Shown one piece after another: positions 15,030 to 27,373 of a DNA stretch of 64,000 bases. The stretch comes from Eledone cirrhosa. Its lineage: Eukaryota. The stretch covers positions 257,052,001 to 257,116,000 of the forward strand of contig OZ024742.1 of assembly GCA_964016885.1 (NCBI GenBank), given 5' to 3'. The notes beneath the pieces were generated by a model that saw only the letters and a list, made by a program, of their open reading frames with translations, was not told where the DNA came from and did not search any database. The translations under genes were made by a program, and so were the position numbers. Numbering within the stretch: the stretch's first letter is position 1; the number at the start of each line of letters is the position of its first letter.

Positions 15030-16115
15030 TCATGCTAACTGCCTGGCAAGGAGATGCGGGGAGTTTGTTGAGTCAATGCTAGCTGACGAACAGTGTGTTT
15101 TGCCCCGGACGCAACACAGTGGACCAAATATTTACAGTGCGGCAGGTATTCGAGAAATCGCGGGAGTATTGCCAAGAGGTATATTCTGGTTTTGTTGTCT
15201 TTGAAAAAGCGTATGACGGCGATCTTTGGGACCTGCTGTGGAAGGATTTGAAGGAATACGCGATTGATCGTCATCTTCTTGTGACCCTGATGTCGCTATA
15301 CGAATGCTCCTGTATTTCAGTTCAGATAAATAATGCTAAATCGAAACAGTTCAATGTGGGAGGCGGACTCCACCGTGGAAGGTACTGTTACCACTCTTGT
15401 TCATTACTTACATGGATAGGATTGACATGCACAACCGGGTTGGAAGTGGTGTCATGACTGGTGTGTCTAAAACCAATGAGCTGGAATTTGCAGACGACAT
15501 GGTGTTACTTAACCAAACAGAACATAATCTTTGACTTGTATTTGATAGGTCTGATGCTGAGTGTTACATTTATGAAATGAAAATCATTGTTGCGGAATCT
15601 GAGACAGATGTACTCACAAGAGGGCTTGCACAGTGTACTCTACATGTGAATAGAGTTCTATTGAAGCAGGTATATATGTTCAAATATGTCGGGGCCGCGT
15701 TCACGAGTGATAGAACGTAGGAGGCTGAACTATGTGCAGGAATTGCAGGATCTGGTGCAGTAATGCACCGTCTTCAGCATTCAGTAATGAGAAGAATGGA
15801 AGTAGGCGTAAAATCCAAACTCACTATTTTCATTTCAGTATTCGTGCCAACCTTTAACTATGGTTATGAATCTTGGATAATGACCGCAATAATACGATCA
15901 CGAAAACAAGCGGACGAAATGCGATACTTCCGATTGATCTATGAAGTTACTTGATAGGCGGCAGAGATCAGTGATTAGAGATTCATTCCAAGCTGAGGCA
16001 TTACGTTTTAGAATATGGGCCTTTGTTTAGAATGTCTCTGGAAACAATCGCTCTGACTGATTTTACGGTCAACCCCAACGGGTTTCACACCGAGTAAGAT
16101 GGTTGGAAAACATAC
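15030..16115 (+). mobile_element. Degraded RTE-type LINE RT/3' fragment ending in (GAA)n
   Basis: PGRNTVDQIFTVRQVFEKSREY, FEKAYD, LEFADDMV, FKYVG, KLTIFISVFVPTFNYGYESW. Confidence 0.8.
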
Positions 16116-16116
16116 A

Positions 16117-16208
16117 GAAGAAGAAGAAGAAGAAGAAGAAGAAGAAGAAGAAGAAGAAGAAGAAGAAGAAGAAGAAGAAGAAGAAGAAGAAGAAGAAGAA
16201 GAAGAAGA
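16117..16208. repeat. (GAA)n microsatellite, probable LINE tail
   Basis: Direct read, immediately 3' of the RTE fragment. Confidence 0.95.
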
Positions 16209-17304
16209 CTTGTAAATATGTCAAAAATAGTAAGTATTTACATAAAAAAAAGATAAAATCCTTTAATTAGAATTACGTAATCGAGGGCGTATATAGACCC
16301 AATCACTTATGGTAATGTCCTGAAATGGACATATAAATGTGTCTGTTATTAGAGCTTATCTTGGTAGTTAATCCAATTATATATTAATGTGGCGCCGTTG
16401 TAACAGATGTACGTGATGAAGATGGAACACAGGCAAAAATATTGAGTAACAGTAATTCAGTAAAGAAAAAATTAATCTCTAGTATGTTATGAGAGAGAGA
16501 AAAAGAGATAAATAAAGAGGAACTGCCTGCTATTACTGTGTCTCCGCCTACGTGGAAATGTAAGCTACCATAGCTGCTTATTTATGAATTCGGTTTTCTT
16601 TCTTCTCTAAATTGATGTTTTACAACGTAGCTTATAATACACCCATAATCGGAAATATGGATATTATCTTATTCCATCATACTGAATTGTCAGCATGCAA
16701 TAATAAAATAATAATCATAAATTATATATTCAAAGAAAATTTGACTTCCGCATTCTTAATGACATTTTTTTCCTCTAATTCACTTATTACTGGTATGGTA
16801 TGTATATAATTTGATTAGACGAGAGTGAAACAATTAGAGTCACCATTAATAAATTTTACATAATTATCTAAATGAATAACCATGATCAAAGAAAAAATAT
16901 ATAAAAAATATATAGAAATATATTTTTTTAAAATAAAAACGAACACAACAACATATAATATGTATAATTTAGTTCCTTTAACAATGTAATTATTTTTAAT
17001 TACATTCTTATTAATCAATTAATTTCTGAAATGCCGACCCTAGTATAGTTAAATGACCTGCTATAACATTTGAAGAAGAACAAGAACTGAAGACCATCAC
17101 ATACTTTCTTATTTATATATTTTTTCTAATTTTACGAAGATTGTTTTAATTCCTGCCATTTTTTTTTATCATATAACATCATATCTTATATATTTGGTTT
17201 AATATTATGTATAATTTATTTTCCATTCGGTAATTGTTCTACTATAAAATGCTATACATTTGACAAGATATTTTTATCTCATTTGAAAAATCATTTAAAG
17301 CAAA

Positions 17305-17475
17305 ACTATCATCACCATCATCATCATCATCTTCATCAACAATAACAAGAACAAAAACAAGAACATCATCATCAACATCATCATCATCATCATCATCATC
17401 ATCACCATCATCAATCCTCTTCATCATCATCCACATCATCCTCCTCCTCATAATCATCATCATCATCATTATCAA
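17305..17475. repeat. Imperfect (CAT)n repeat
   Basis: Direct read. Confidence 0.9.
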
Positions 17476-17713
17476 CATCAAATATTGTTTCAGGGGCCTT
17501 CAGAAAGGGCAACCTGGATATATGCTTACATGAATATATCCACACATATCCCTTAAATATAGTGCATTGAGGACTTGCACGCCAAATCAGATAAGGAAGG
17601 GTCAGATATAGTGCAATTCCAGAGAGAAAAATGTACTCTAAACATATCTATCTATCTGTCTACCTCCCTTTTCCTATTTCCCCCTCGCTATCCCTCTCCA
17701 TCTCTCTCCCTCT

Positions 17714-17767
<54 letters not shown>

Positions 17768-18338
17768 GTATTGAAATTTCAGTTAGAAACAGAAAAGGTC
17801 ATAGAAATGAAGAGTGCTCTATGTCAGTATCAGAGCAAAATTTAATGTATAAAATCAATACAATATTATTACCTCATTACCAGAGGTTTCCCGAATGAGG
17901 CGAATACGAAATAAACGACTTCATTCGTTCGTCAGACGAGGCAATATAAAACATGGGCAAATACTTAGAAAAACACATGAAGAAAATCAAAAAATATATA
18001 GATAAATGAAATAGAAATTGAAATATATAAAAATCTATCAAGAAAAATAGTTAGGTGTGTTTATGTGTATGTATATACGCTCACAGATGTGCATATATGT
18101 ATATGTGCACATGTAAATGTATAGTTAGAAAGTGTGCGTAATTATAAAAATTTAGGGCAAGTGTATCTATATGTCTGTATTATACAGACAGAAATGGTTA
18201 CATCGTAAATATAAGAATATAAAGTCGCGCGCATAAAAACGCCTGGACACTCGTACACTTAGATGCGGAAAGAAAGGAGGTAAAGAGTGTATAATAATTA
18301 AAAGAAAAGTATCGGTCTTGATATATTTATAAAAATAT

Positions 18339-19884
18339 TAAGACTGATATTGGTCTTGCCAGTAAAAAAAATTTAAATAAATTAAATACACATATTAGAA
18401 GTAAGTCTAAATTACTCCAATGGATAAATAGCTCTTCCGTAGTACATTAGTTTAATAATATTAAAAACAAAATCAGTTCTAGATTCACCCAATTTGATAT
18501 CGTAGATTTTTACCCATCTATTACTCAGACCCTTTTAGTGAAAGCTTTAAATTTCGCTAGAGGGTTCACTAATATCTCCGAATTTGAAGAGGATGTAATC
18601 TTGCATGCTAGGAACACTCTTCTTTTTAATGATAATGACACTTGGGTAAACATATCTAACCCAGAGAACCCATTCGATGTCTCAATGGGCTCTTATGACA
18701 GTGCCGAGGTTTGTGATCTGGTCGGCCTATTCCTCTTACATACACTTAAAGAAAAAATTCCTAACCATATTTTTGGGCTTCACCGCGATGATGGTCTAAT
18801 ACTTTCCCATACCACCATAGGCCATAACTTAGATAGATTAAGGAAAGACTTAATAAAAACCTTTGCTAGTTTTAATCTTAAAATTACTTTTGATACTAAC
18901 CTGTCCAACGTAGATTTCCTAGATACAAACTTAGATTTGCCTACTGCTTCTTATAAACCATACCATAAACCTAATGAAAACTTAAAATATATAAATAAAG
19001 GATCTTGCCATCCACCTATAGTTTTTAAAAACCTTATCCCTAATATTAGCCGTAGGATCTCCACCCTCTCTTCATCAGAAGCTATTTTCAATAAGGCATC
19101 CCCCTACTATAATATAGCCCTCCAAAATAGCGGCTTTAGCGAACCGATTAAATACATACCTAACTACACTAACTCTATTAAACATAAAAATAGGAAAAGA
19201 AAAATAATCTGGTTCACACCCCCCTACTCTCTAGCAGTTAAAACTAATGTAGGCAAAAAATTCCTAGAACTCCTAGATAAACATTTCCCTAGAACACATA
19301 GATACTATAAGATCTTTAACAGAAACTGTGTTAAAATTAGCTATTCCTGCGGTCCCTCTATTAAGTCCTATATCCTCAACAAAATTTCACCTAGAGAAAA
19401 TCAAACTTGCTCCTGTAGAATCAAAAGTGAATGCCCATTACAAGGTAAATGCAACACCAAAGCCATTGTATATGCGGCTAATGTGACAACCATCAGCAAC
19501 AACCCTCCAGTCACCAGTGAACGATATGTGGGTATGACGCAAGGCAGATTCAAAACGCGTTATTACTCACATGTCGCATCCTTTCGACATCCAGAAAAAA
19601 AAATTACAACAGCTCTGGCTAGCAGAATCTGGGATTTGAAAGACCAAGGCATCCAATATAAACTAGATTGGTCAATTTTGAACCAATCTAAAAAATATGC
19701 TAGAGGAACAAGAAAATGCACGCTTTGCATAAACGAAAAATGTTGGACATTGCAAAATCTTAAATCACCAAAGACCTGCCTGAACACAAAAACGGAAATG
19801 TTTACCAGTTGCCCACACATGAAATCACACCTGCTTTCCAGCTCATATAAACTTAACACACTTTCAGATACTTATCCTCCATAA
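18339..19884 (+). CDS. PLE RT plus GIY-YIG ORF, 5'-truncated, one premature stop near 18449 and then open to 19884
   Basis: KTDIG, FTQFDIVDFYPSI, MGSYDSAEVCDLVG, LHRDDG, FLD, WFTPPYS, CSCRIKSECPLQGKC, IVY...YVGMT..RFKTRY, CTLCINE, SCPH. Confidence 0.93.
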
Positions 19885-20230
19885 ACTCTTATTATTCTCT
19901 TTTTAATTACCCTTTCTGACTTACTTTCATTCTTATCCTTGTCAATAATTTCATTTATTCTCCGATCCACTTCCTATTTTCTATTTTTTACTTCCCCTTC
20001 TTTTACTTCCCTTTTCCTCCACTAACTGATTATACTTGTCTTTTGTGTTTTTCAATCCAGATATATTTTTCATTTTTATTTTTATTTTATTTTTGCGCAG
20101 CCTATCTTACAATTTTATACTTGTACTTATTTATCCACATTTCAATATGGCTGAACGCCTTAATGTGTGTATACTTTTTATATATGTACATGAGTGACTA
20201 CGTATGTGCGCGCGTGCGCGTGCGTGTATG

Positions 20231-20272
<42 letters not shown>

Positions 20273-21074
20273 CGCGTATGTATGTGTGTGTGTATAGGTC
20301 TTTGTGTGTGTGTGTATGTATATATTATGCGTATGTGTAGTTGTCTTTATATCCGTGTTTTTGACATTTCGTTTTTATGTTTTTGTTCCGTTTTTCTTCC
20401 CCCCCCCCTTCCCTCTTTTGTTACTTACTCAGTTTCATACGTGGGCATGCAAATAGGTTAATATGCGCTAGTATAAGTATGTGTGTGTGTGTGTGTGTGT
20501 GTACGTATCGAACGTATGGAAGTGTAATTGCGCGTGTGTATATAAGCATAATTATTTTTACATTTCTTTTGTGAGACACGCGTGTCTGTGTATGTATGTA
20601 CCCCCCCCCCCCCCGACACTTTTTTTTGTTTTATTTAATTTTTTCTTTCTATCTTTTCTTTCTAATTTATCGTTACTATATTTTTATAAATATATCGAGA
20701 CCGATACTTTTCTTTTAATTATTATTCCCTCTTTACCTCCTTTCTTTCCGCATCTAAGTGTACGAGTGTCCAGGCGTTTTTATGCGCGCGACTTTATATT
20801 CTTATATTTACGATGTAACCATTTCTGTCTGTATAATACAGACATATAGATACACTTGCCCTAAATTTTTATAATTACGCACACTTTCTAACTATACATT
20901 TACATGTGCACATATACATATATGCACATCTGTGAGCGTATATACATACACATACACACACCTAACTATTTTCCTTGATAGATTTTTATATATTTCAATT
21001 TCTATTTCATTTATCTATATATTTTTTTGATTTTCTTCATGTGTTTTTCTAAGTATTTGCCCATGTTTTATATT

Positions 21075-21155
21075 GCCTCGTCTGACGAACGAATGAAGTC
21101 GTTTATTTCGTATTCGCCTCATTCGGGAAACCTCTGGTAATGAGGTAATAATATT
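21075..21155 (+). ncRNA. Type I hammerhead ribozyme in the 3' pLTR of element 2; antisense mirror at ~17865-17945
   Basis: CTGACGA 21082-88; stem II cgaatga/tcattcg; GAAA 21127-30; stem III cctc-tggtaat-gagg; GTA triplet ending at 21147. Stem I pairing is weak by eye. Confidence 0.75.
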
Positions 21156-21172
21156 GTATTGATTTTATACAT

Positions 21173-21212
<40 letters not shown>

Positions 21213-21385
21213 ATATATACATATATATTCATGTATGTTGAAGCGAAATCCTATTTCTTTTTTATTATAAGTTGAGCCAACTTATGCAGCTTCATATGCA
21301 AATGATATTAATCACCTCATTTACACAGACGAGAAAAGTATATATTCTCAGCTGTCTTCTAGTTCAGCAGTCGCAAGCGGTGGGA

Positions 21386-21438
21386 GGGACGTCCTGACGA
21401 AGGCCAGTTAAGCCTGAAATGCACAGACGGTTGTCCCC
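21386..21438 (+). ncRNA. Minimal type I hammerhead with a probable U16.1-to-C substitution
   Basis: cgtc-CTGACGA-aggc-cagttaa-gcct-GAAA-tgca-CA-gacg; stems I and II are perfect and the stem III loop is palindromic. Confidence 0.65.
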
Positions 21439-21599
21439 CTTGCTTCTGCTGGACATCACCAGAAGGCGTTAGCCCCCCTGTGTTTGCATAGCTACGGCTT
21501 CCTAAAACTCTATTTCTTTGGAGATACAAAATATTAATACATATTGTATAAATCTATGCTTGAAGCGAAATCCTATTACTTTTATATATATAAATATAT

Positions 21600-22613
21600 A
21601 TACAATATATAGAGAGAAACACACAGATACATGCGAACACATACATATACATGGATATATCCACACATATCCCTGTGTTAGTAGTGCCAACGTCAACCGA
21701 TGTTGCTCTAAGAATAACTGGGACAGAACTATCCGAATGGATTAGACTGATTCAGTATCAGAGCTATAAAGTATATTATGAAGAGATAAGAAACATTAGA
21801 TATAATTAGTAATAAGATATATCATACCTAGCTTGTTCTTCAGTCCCCGACTACGTAGTTTCGTGGCATATTATCCAAAAACACTAGATCATAGAGATAT
21901 ATAGTTTTTGTGAGGTTCTGCCACGAAACTGCGTAGTCGGGGACTGAAGAACCAGCTAGGTATGATATATCTTATTACTAATTATATCTAATGCTTCTTC
22001 TCTCTTCATAATGTACTTTATAGCTCTGATACTGAATCAATATAATTCATTCGGATAGTTCTGTCCCAGTTATTCATAGAGAAACATCGGTTGACGTTGG
22101 CACCACTAACACAGGGATATGTGTAGATATATTCATGTGTATGTATGTGTCCGCATGTATCTGTGTGTTTCTCTCTATATATTGTGTATAACTCCCTTTT
22201 GTCGAGTAACTTTTGAAGTGTAGTGACTGCTGAATAGATACCATTACTCATACTTCTCGCCTCCTGAAACCAACTGTTCTACGGCTTTGATATGAATACC
22301 CCTCCCCCTGCCTCCGCGGTATTTTTTTCAGGGTTATAAGGGGCTTAGCTCTGTTTCTTGACCGCTGTATCACATCTTTGACTCTCCCTCCGCATTTTGG
22401 AGATTCTATCTCGCACATTGCAGACGTGTTTTGAAATCCTTAATGAGGTATCCACTTGATAAGTCGGCAGAACCTCACAAAGACTCTATATCTCTATGAT
22501 CTAGTGTTTTTGCATAATATGCCACGAAACTACGTAGACGGGGTCTGAAGAACCAGCTAGGTATGATATATCTTATTATTAATTATATCTAATGTTTCTT
22601 CTCTCTTCATAAT

Positions 22614-22620
<7 letters not shown>
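21600..22620 (+). mobile_element. Non-coding mini-element (~600-bp monomer) with direct repeat and inverted 5' copy
   Basis: 21920-22020 repeats at 22521-22620. 21600-21922 is the reverse complement of 22466-22620 joined to 22020-22185. Confidence 0.8.
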
Positions 22621-22693
<73 letters not shown>

Positions 22694-22729
22694 TATATAT
22701 GTATATATATATATACCTATATATATATA

Positions 22730-22797
22730 TGTTTCAGAAGATCCCGTTAAGGGTGAAAGCACTGATTCTTTGCTTAAACTTTAATCTGTTATTTTAA

Positions 22798-22800
<3 letters not shown>
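22730..22800 (+). repeat. Solo pLTR fragment of the element-1 family inside (TA)n
   Basis: tttcagaagatcccgttaagggtgaaagcactgattctttgcttaaactttaatctgttattttaat is the reverse complement of 10388-10457. Confidence 0.85.
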
Positions 22801-22893
<93 letters not shown>

Positions 22894-23249
22894 AAAACAG
22901 ACATACAGAGAGAGAGGGAGAGAAAGAGAGAGAAAGAGAGTGAGAGAGAGAAAGAGAGAGGAAGATAGATACAGATATTGACATATAAATGTATAGTATG
23001 AAATAAATATATTTGAATAAAAAGTGGAAGTGGAAATCAGTTATGCACAGAAAAACCATAAATAGGGATGGTATGTTCCGCTTTGTGTATTATTGCTATT
23101 CAATCATTCGTTACCATGTATGTTTATATTTGACACATGTATAGTTCTATACATAAACCTCTTCCTAAACCATGTCAAGGTATGCACCAATCGAAAATTA
23201 ATACGGAGACTTGCTGCTGTTATACAATTCTAAGTAACGGGATTACACG

Positions 23250-23286
<37 letters not shown>

Positions 23287-23350
23287 ACACATATATATAT
23301 ATATATGTATATATATACACATACATGTATATATACACGTACATGTTTAT

Positions 23351-23436
<86 letters not shown>

Positions 23437-23741
23437 ATATATATATAGTTAATAAATGAAACAAACAAAAGCAGTAATACAAAATTACAGTTATATTATG
23501 TTCACACTTGGAGGGAGTCTTTTTCAGGAAATATTGGATAAGTAGAGAACATATGAGTAGTGTGATTAAGCTTGGAATGGAAGTGTTTATATGTGTATTA
23601 GTGGGTAAGATGTGCGGTGGTGGTACAGTGCAAGGTACGACAGTATGGTGACAGAGAGCAAAGGGTGGTCAGTGAGGGAGGGCGATAGTGGTGTTAGTGG
23701 GGGTGGAGGGTCATATGAGGTCGATATGTGAACTATATATA

Positions 23742-24544
23742 TATATAAATGGAATAGAATGAAACGAAATTTCATTTCTCACTCTTAAGCGGCACTTACT
23801 TAAAACGTTCAACCATTTGGCAGGAAGGTATACGATGCTGACGATTGCTAATAAGCTTGAAACTAGTACATCATTCCTGTGTCAGTGTGGAACAAAATAG
23901 GTGACGTGGTTGCCTAAACACTGTACGGCGTAATTCGGGCGGTTTGTTTGTTTACAAACGACCAAACCGAGCATTATAATAAATGTTCTGTAAACCGATA
24001 CGTGCATATATATATGTGTGAATGTATGTATATATATACATACTACTGTACGTCTGTATACATATATGTATGTACGTATACATACATATATACTTACATT
24101 TAAGTAAGTGCCGTATTAAAAGTGAGAAATGAAATTTCATTTCATTCTATTTCATTTATCGTTTTCGGTGCGCACAGCCGACTGAACTCACTCGATATGC
24201 AAAATTAGGCTGCTCAGCCGTTAAAATGCATAAGGAAATTATATACTTTCAGACGTTCAACCATCTGGCTGGTAGGTATACGATGCTGACGATAGATAAT
24301 AAGCTTGAAACTAGTACATCGTTCTTGTGTCAGTGTTGTACAAAAAAAAAAGGTGACGTGATTGCTTAAACACTGTACGGCGCAGTTCGGGCTGTTTGTT
24401 TGTTTACAAACGAACAAACCGAGCATTATAATAAATGTTCGGTAAACCGATACGTGCATCTATATATGTATGCATGTATGTATATATATACATACTACTG
24501 TACGTCTGTATACATAAATATATATGTAAGTATACATACATACT

Positions 24545-24550
<6 letters not shown>
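23742..24550 (+). mobile_element. Non-coding retrozyme-like element with two hammerhead-bearing direct repeats
   Basis: 23804-24100 repeats at 24253-24550. HHR cores CTGACGA...GAAACTAGTA at 23838-23868 and 24286-24316. 23745-23803 is the reverse complement of 24100-24158. Confidence 0.85.
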
Positions 24551-24601
<51 letters not shown>

Positions 24602-24708
24602 TATTTTCCGTTGTATTGTAATATAAATATTACACACAGTAGATTGACAGCTCACGTAGAGTTTGCTCGACGGTTCCAGTTGTAGTTCCAAAAGTAATCC
24701 GGAGAAAA

Positions 24709-25415
24709 ATAGAAAGATTTGAATGGATACAGTTTAGTTGAAAGGAATTTATTGACACGTGTTTCTGTAACAGTTACATACCCTGAAAACAGCTGTATCT
24801 ACAAAAGTTTTAGTTATGCAGACATTCAATATTTCTATGTTATTATTTACTGTCATTTCATCAGAATAATATTATTGAGGACCTATTTGGTTTTTATAGA
24901 GAATATTAGGAGGGGGGGGGGGTGAAGTTGTTAGAAGAATAGTTGAGGGAGTGGTTTGTTGATAGCAGTGAGAATATTTTGGTGGCAGTGAGTAATTAGA
25001 TTCCCATCTGTTGTTTTGACATTTTTATAGAATATATTATTGGTTATTTTTCTAAATTTATAGAAGGATTAGAGATAGTAAAGATATGCGTGGTTGGTTT
25101 TGTGTTTGCACTTAATTAACATTCAGACTTAAATTTTTCTTTCAAGTGTACGTATCCTTTCACCCACGCATTCACACACAAATATATTTGCACACCTCTA
25201 CAAAATACATATACTCACATTCACATATTCATACTTACATACATATACACATGCATACATATATATATACACACATGTATTCATGTACATACATACGCGT
25301 TCATGTGTATACATTTTCATACTCAACTTATCTTTATATACACACGCATAGACACACACATATATACATACATACTCTAGTCTATGTGTACACATATACA
25401 TATACATACACATCT

Positions 25416-25480
<65 letters not shown>

Positions 25481-27277
25481 AGCACTTTAATACATGAATA
25501 CACTTACATCCTACTATACACATCAAACATATATATATATTTACTTATTTATATACATTTTCACATATATCTACATACTTATGGACGTTTTTAGACACAT
25601 TCATTATCGCATATTTGCACCTATTTTTCATCAGCATATCTTTCCATTATTAGCGTGGTAATTTAAGGTTATTAATATATGTTGTGAAGAGATTGTTTTT
25701 ATATTTTTCTAACTAGAATGAGGTTTATATAGTTGGGGGGATGTCCCTCTTTTATGTAATATTCGGCTTGTAGTGGGAAAAAAGGGTTTTAGTTCTGTGA
25801 CGGCAGAATAATGTTCGTTCAATTCTGTTATTCAGCAATTTCTTCTTGTGTGTGATTATGTAATAAATCTCAAGATTACATAATTTGCAGAAATTTTGGC
25901 TCCTGGAAAAGCTTTGGGTTTTAGCTAATTTCTCCCATTTTAGAGTAAACTTTTGATCACTATCCCTGAGCGTCCAAGCTTTTTCTGCTAAAGTTGTTAC
26001 ATTTCTTTGGCTCTGGTGTTTTATTGAGTAAAAATGCCTATATAATCGAGATTTGAACGATGTTGCCGTTGATCCCACGTAATACCACTCGTTGCCTCCG
26101 GATTTAATGGTACACTTATAAATAATATTTTTTTCCAGGCAGTTATTGCCGAGGGGGGCAGTTGTCAGGATAGGTGCAGTTACAGTTGTGTACGTTGGGT
26201 TTTCTCTGGAGTAGTATTGCGGACGAACTTAGGTGTGGTTTATTTATGTTCTGTAGTGTATTGACTACTGTTTTTTTTGTACTTAAGTTCTTAGTGTTTT
26301 CGTTTAACCTTCTAGTATTGATCTTTTATATGTGTTGTTCAAGGTTTAACGCTGTAGAGTAAGATATGCTGATGAAAATAGGTGCAAATGTGCGATAATG
26401 AATATGTCTAAAAACATCCATAAGTATGTATATATATGTGAAAATGTATATAAATAAGTAAATATATATATATGTTTGATGTGTATAGTAGGATGTAAGT
26501 GTATTCATGTATTAAAGTGCTTATATATATATATATATGTATATATATATGTATGTAAATATATATATATATATGTATAGATGTGTATGTATATGTATAT
26601 GTGTACACATAGACTAGAGTATGTATGTATATATGTGTGTGTCTATGCGTGTGTATATAAAGATAAGTTGAGTATGAAAATGTATACACATGAACGCGTA
26701 TGTATGTACATGAATACATGTGTGTATATATATATGTATGCATGTGTATATGTATGTAAGTATGAATATGTGAATGTGAGTATATGTATTTTGTAGAGGT
26801 GTGCAAATATATTTGTGTGTGAATGCGTGGGTGAAAGGATACGTACACTTGAAAGAAAAATTTAAGTCTGAATGTTAATTAAGTGCAAACACAAAACCAA
26901 CCACGCATATCTTTACTATCTCTAATCCTTCTATAAATTTAGAAAAATAACCAATAATATATTCTATAAAAATGTCAAAACAACAGATGGGAATCTAATT
27001 ACTCACTGCCACCAAAAAATTCTCACTGCTATCAACAAACCACTCCCTCAACTATTCTTCTAACAACTTCACCCCTCCCTCCTAATATTCTCTATAAAAA
27101 CCAAATAGGTCCTCAATAATATTATTCTGATGAAATGACAGTAAATAATAACATTGAAATATTGAATGTCTGCATAACTAAAACTTTTGTAGATAGCAGC
27201 TGCTTTCAGGTTATGTAACTGTTACAGAAACACGTGTCAATAAATTCCTTTCAACTAAACTGTATCCATTCAAATGT

Positions 27278-27283
<6 letters not shown>
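24709..27283 (-). mobile_element. Naiad-type element 3, heavily 5'-truncated, ~930-bp inverted pLTR pair around a GIY-YIG fragment
   Basis: 24709-25642 is the reverse complement of 26361-27283. HHR-like CTGATGA-aatg...catt-GAAA at 27127-27159, mirrored at ~24832-24864. Confidence 0.9.
25752..26200 (-). pseudogene. PLE GIY-YIG endonuclease C-terminal fragment
   Basis: CNCTYPDNCP / GNNCLEKNIIYKC..YYVGSTATSFKSRLYRH..TTLA..W..CKLCNLE..CRHR. Confidence 0.9.

Positions 27284-27373
<90 letters not shown>

Larger units (their letters stand above)
17843..21174 (+). mobile_element. Naiad-type Penelope-like element 2, 5'-truncated, with ~495-bp inverted pLTR
   Basis: 17843-18338 is a near-identical reverse complement of 20678-21174. 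Coding sequence starts abruptly at the inversion junction. (TA)n lies just outside both ends. Confidence 0.93.

Noticed and set aside
21920-21955. GAAAC-tgc-GTA...CTGAAGA as a type II hammerhead
   Set aside because: The flanks cannot form stem II (gccac vs accag) and stem I would consume the core C.
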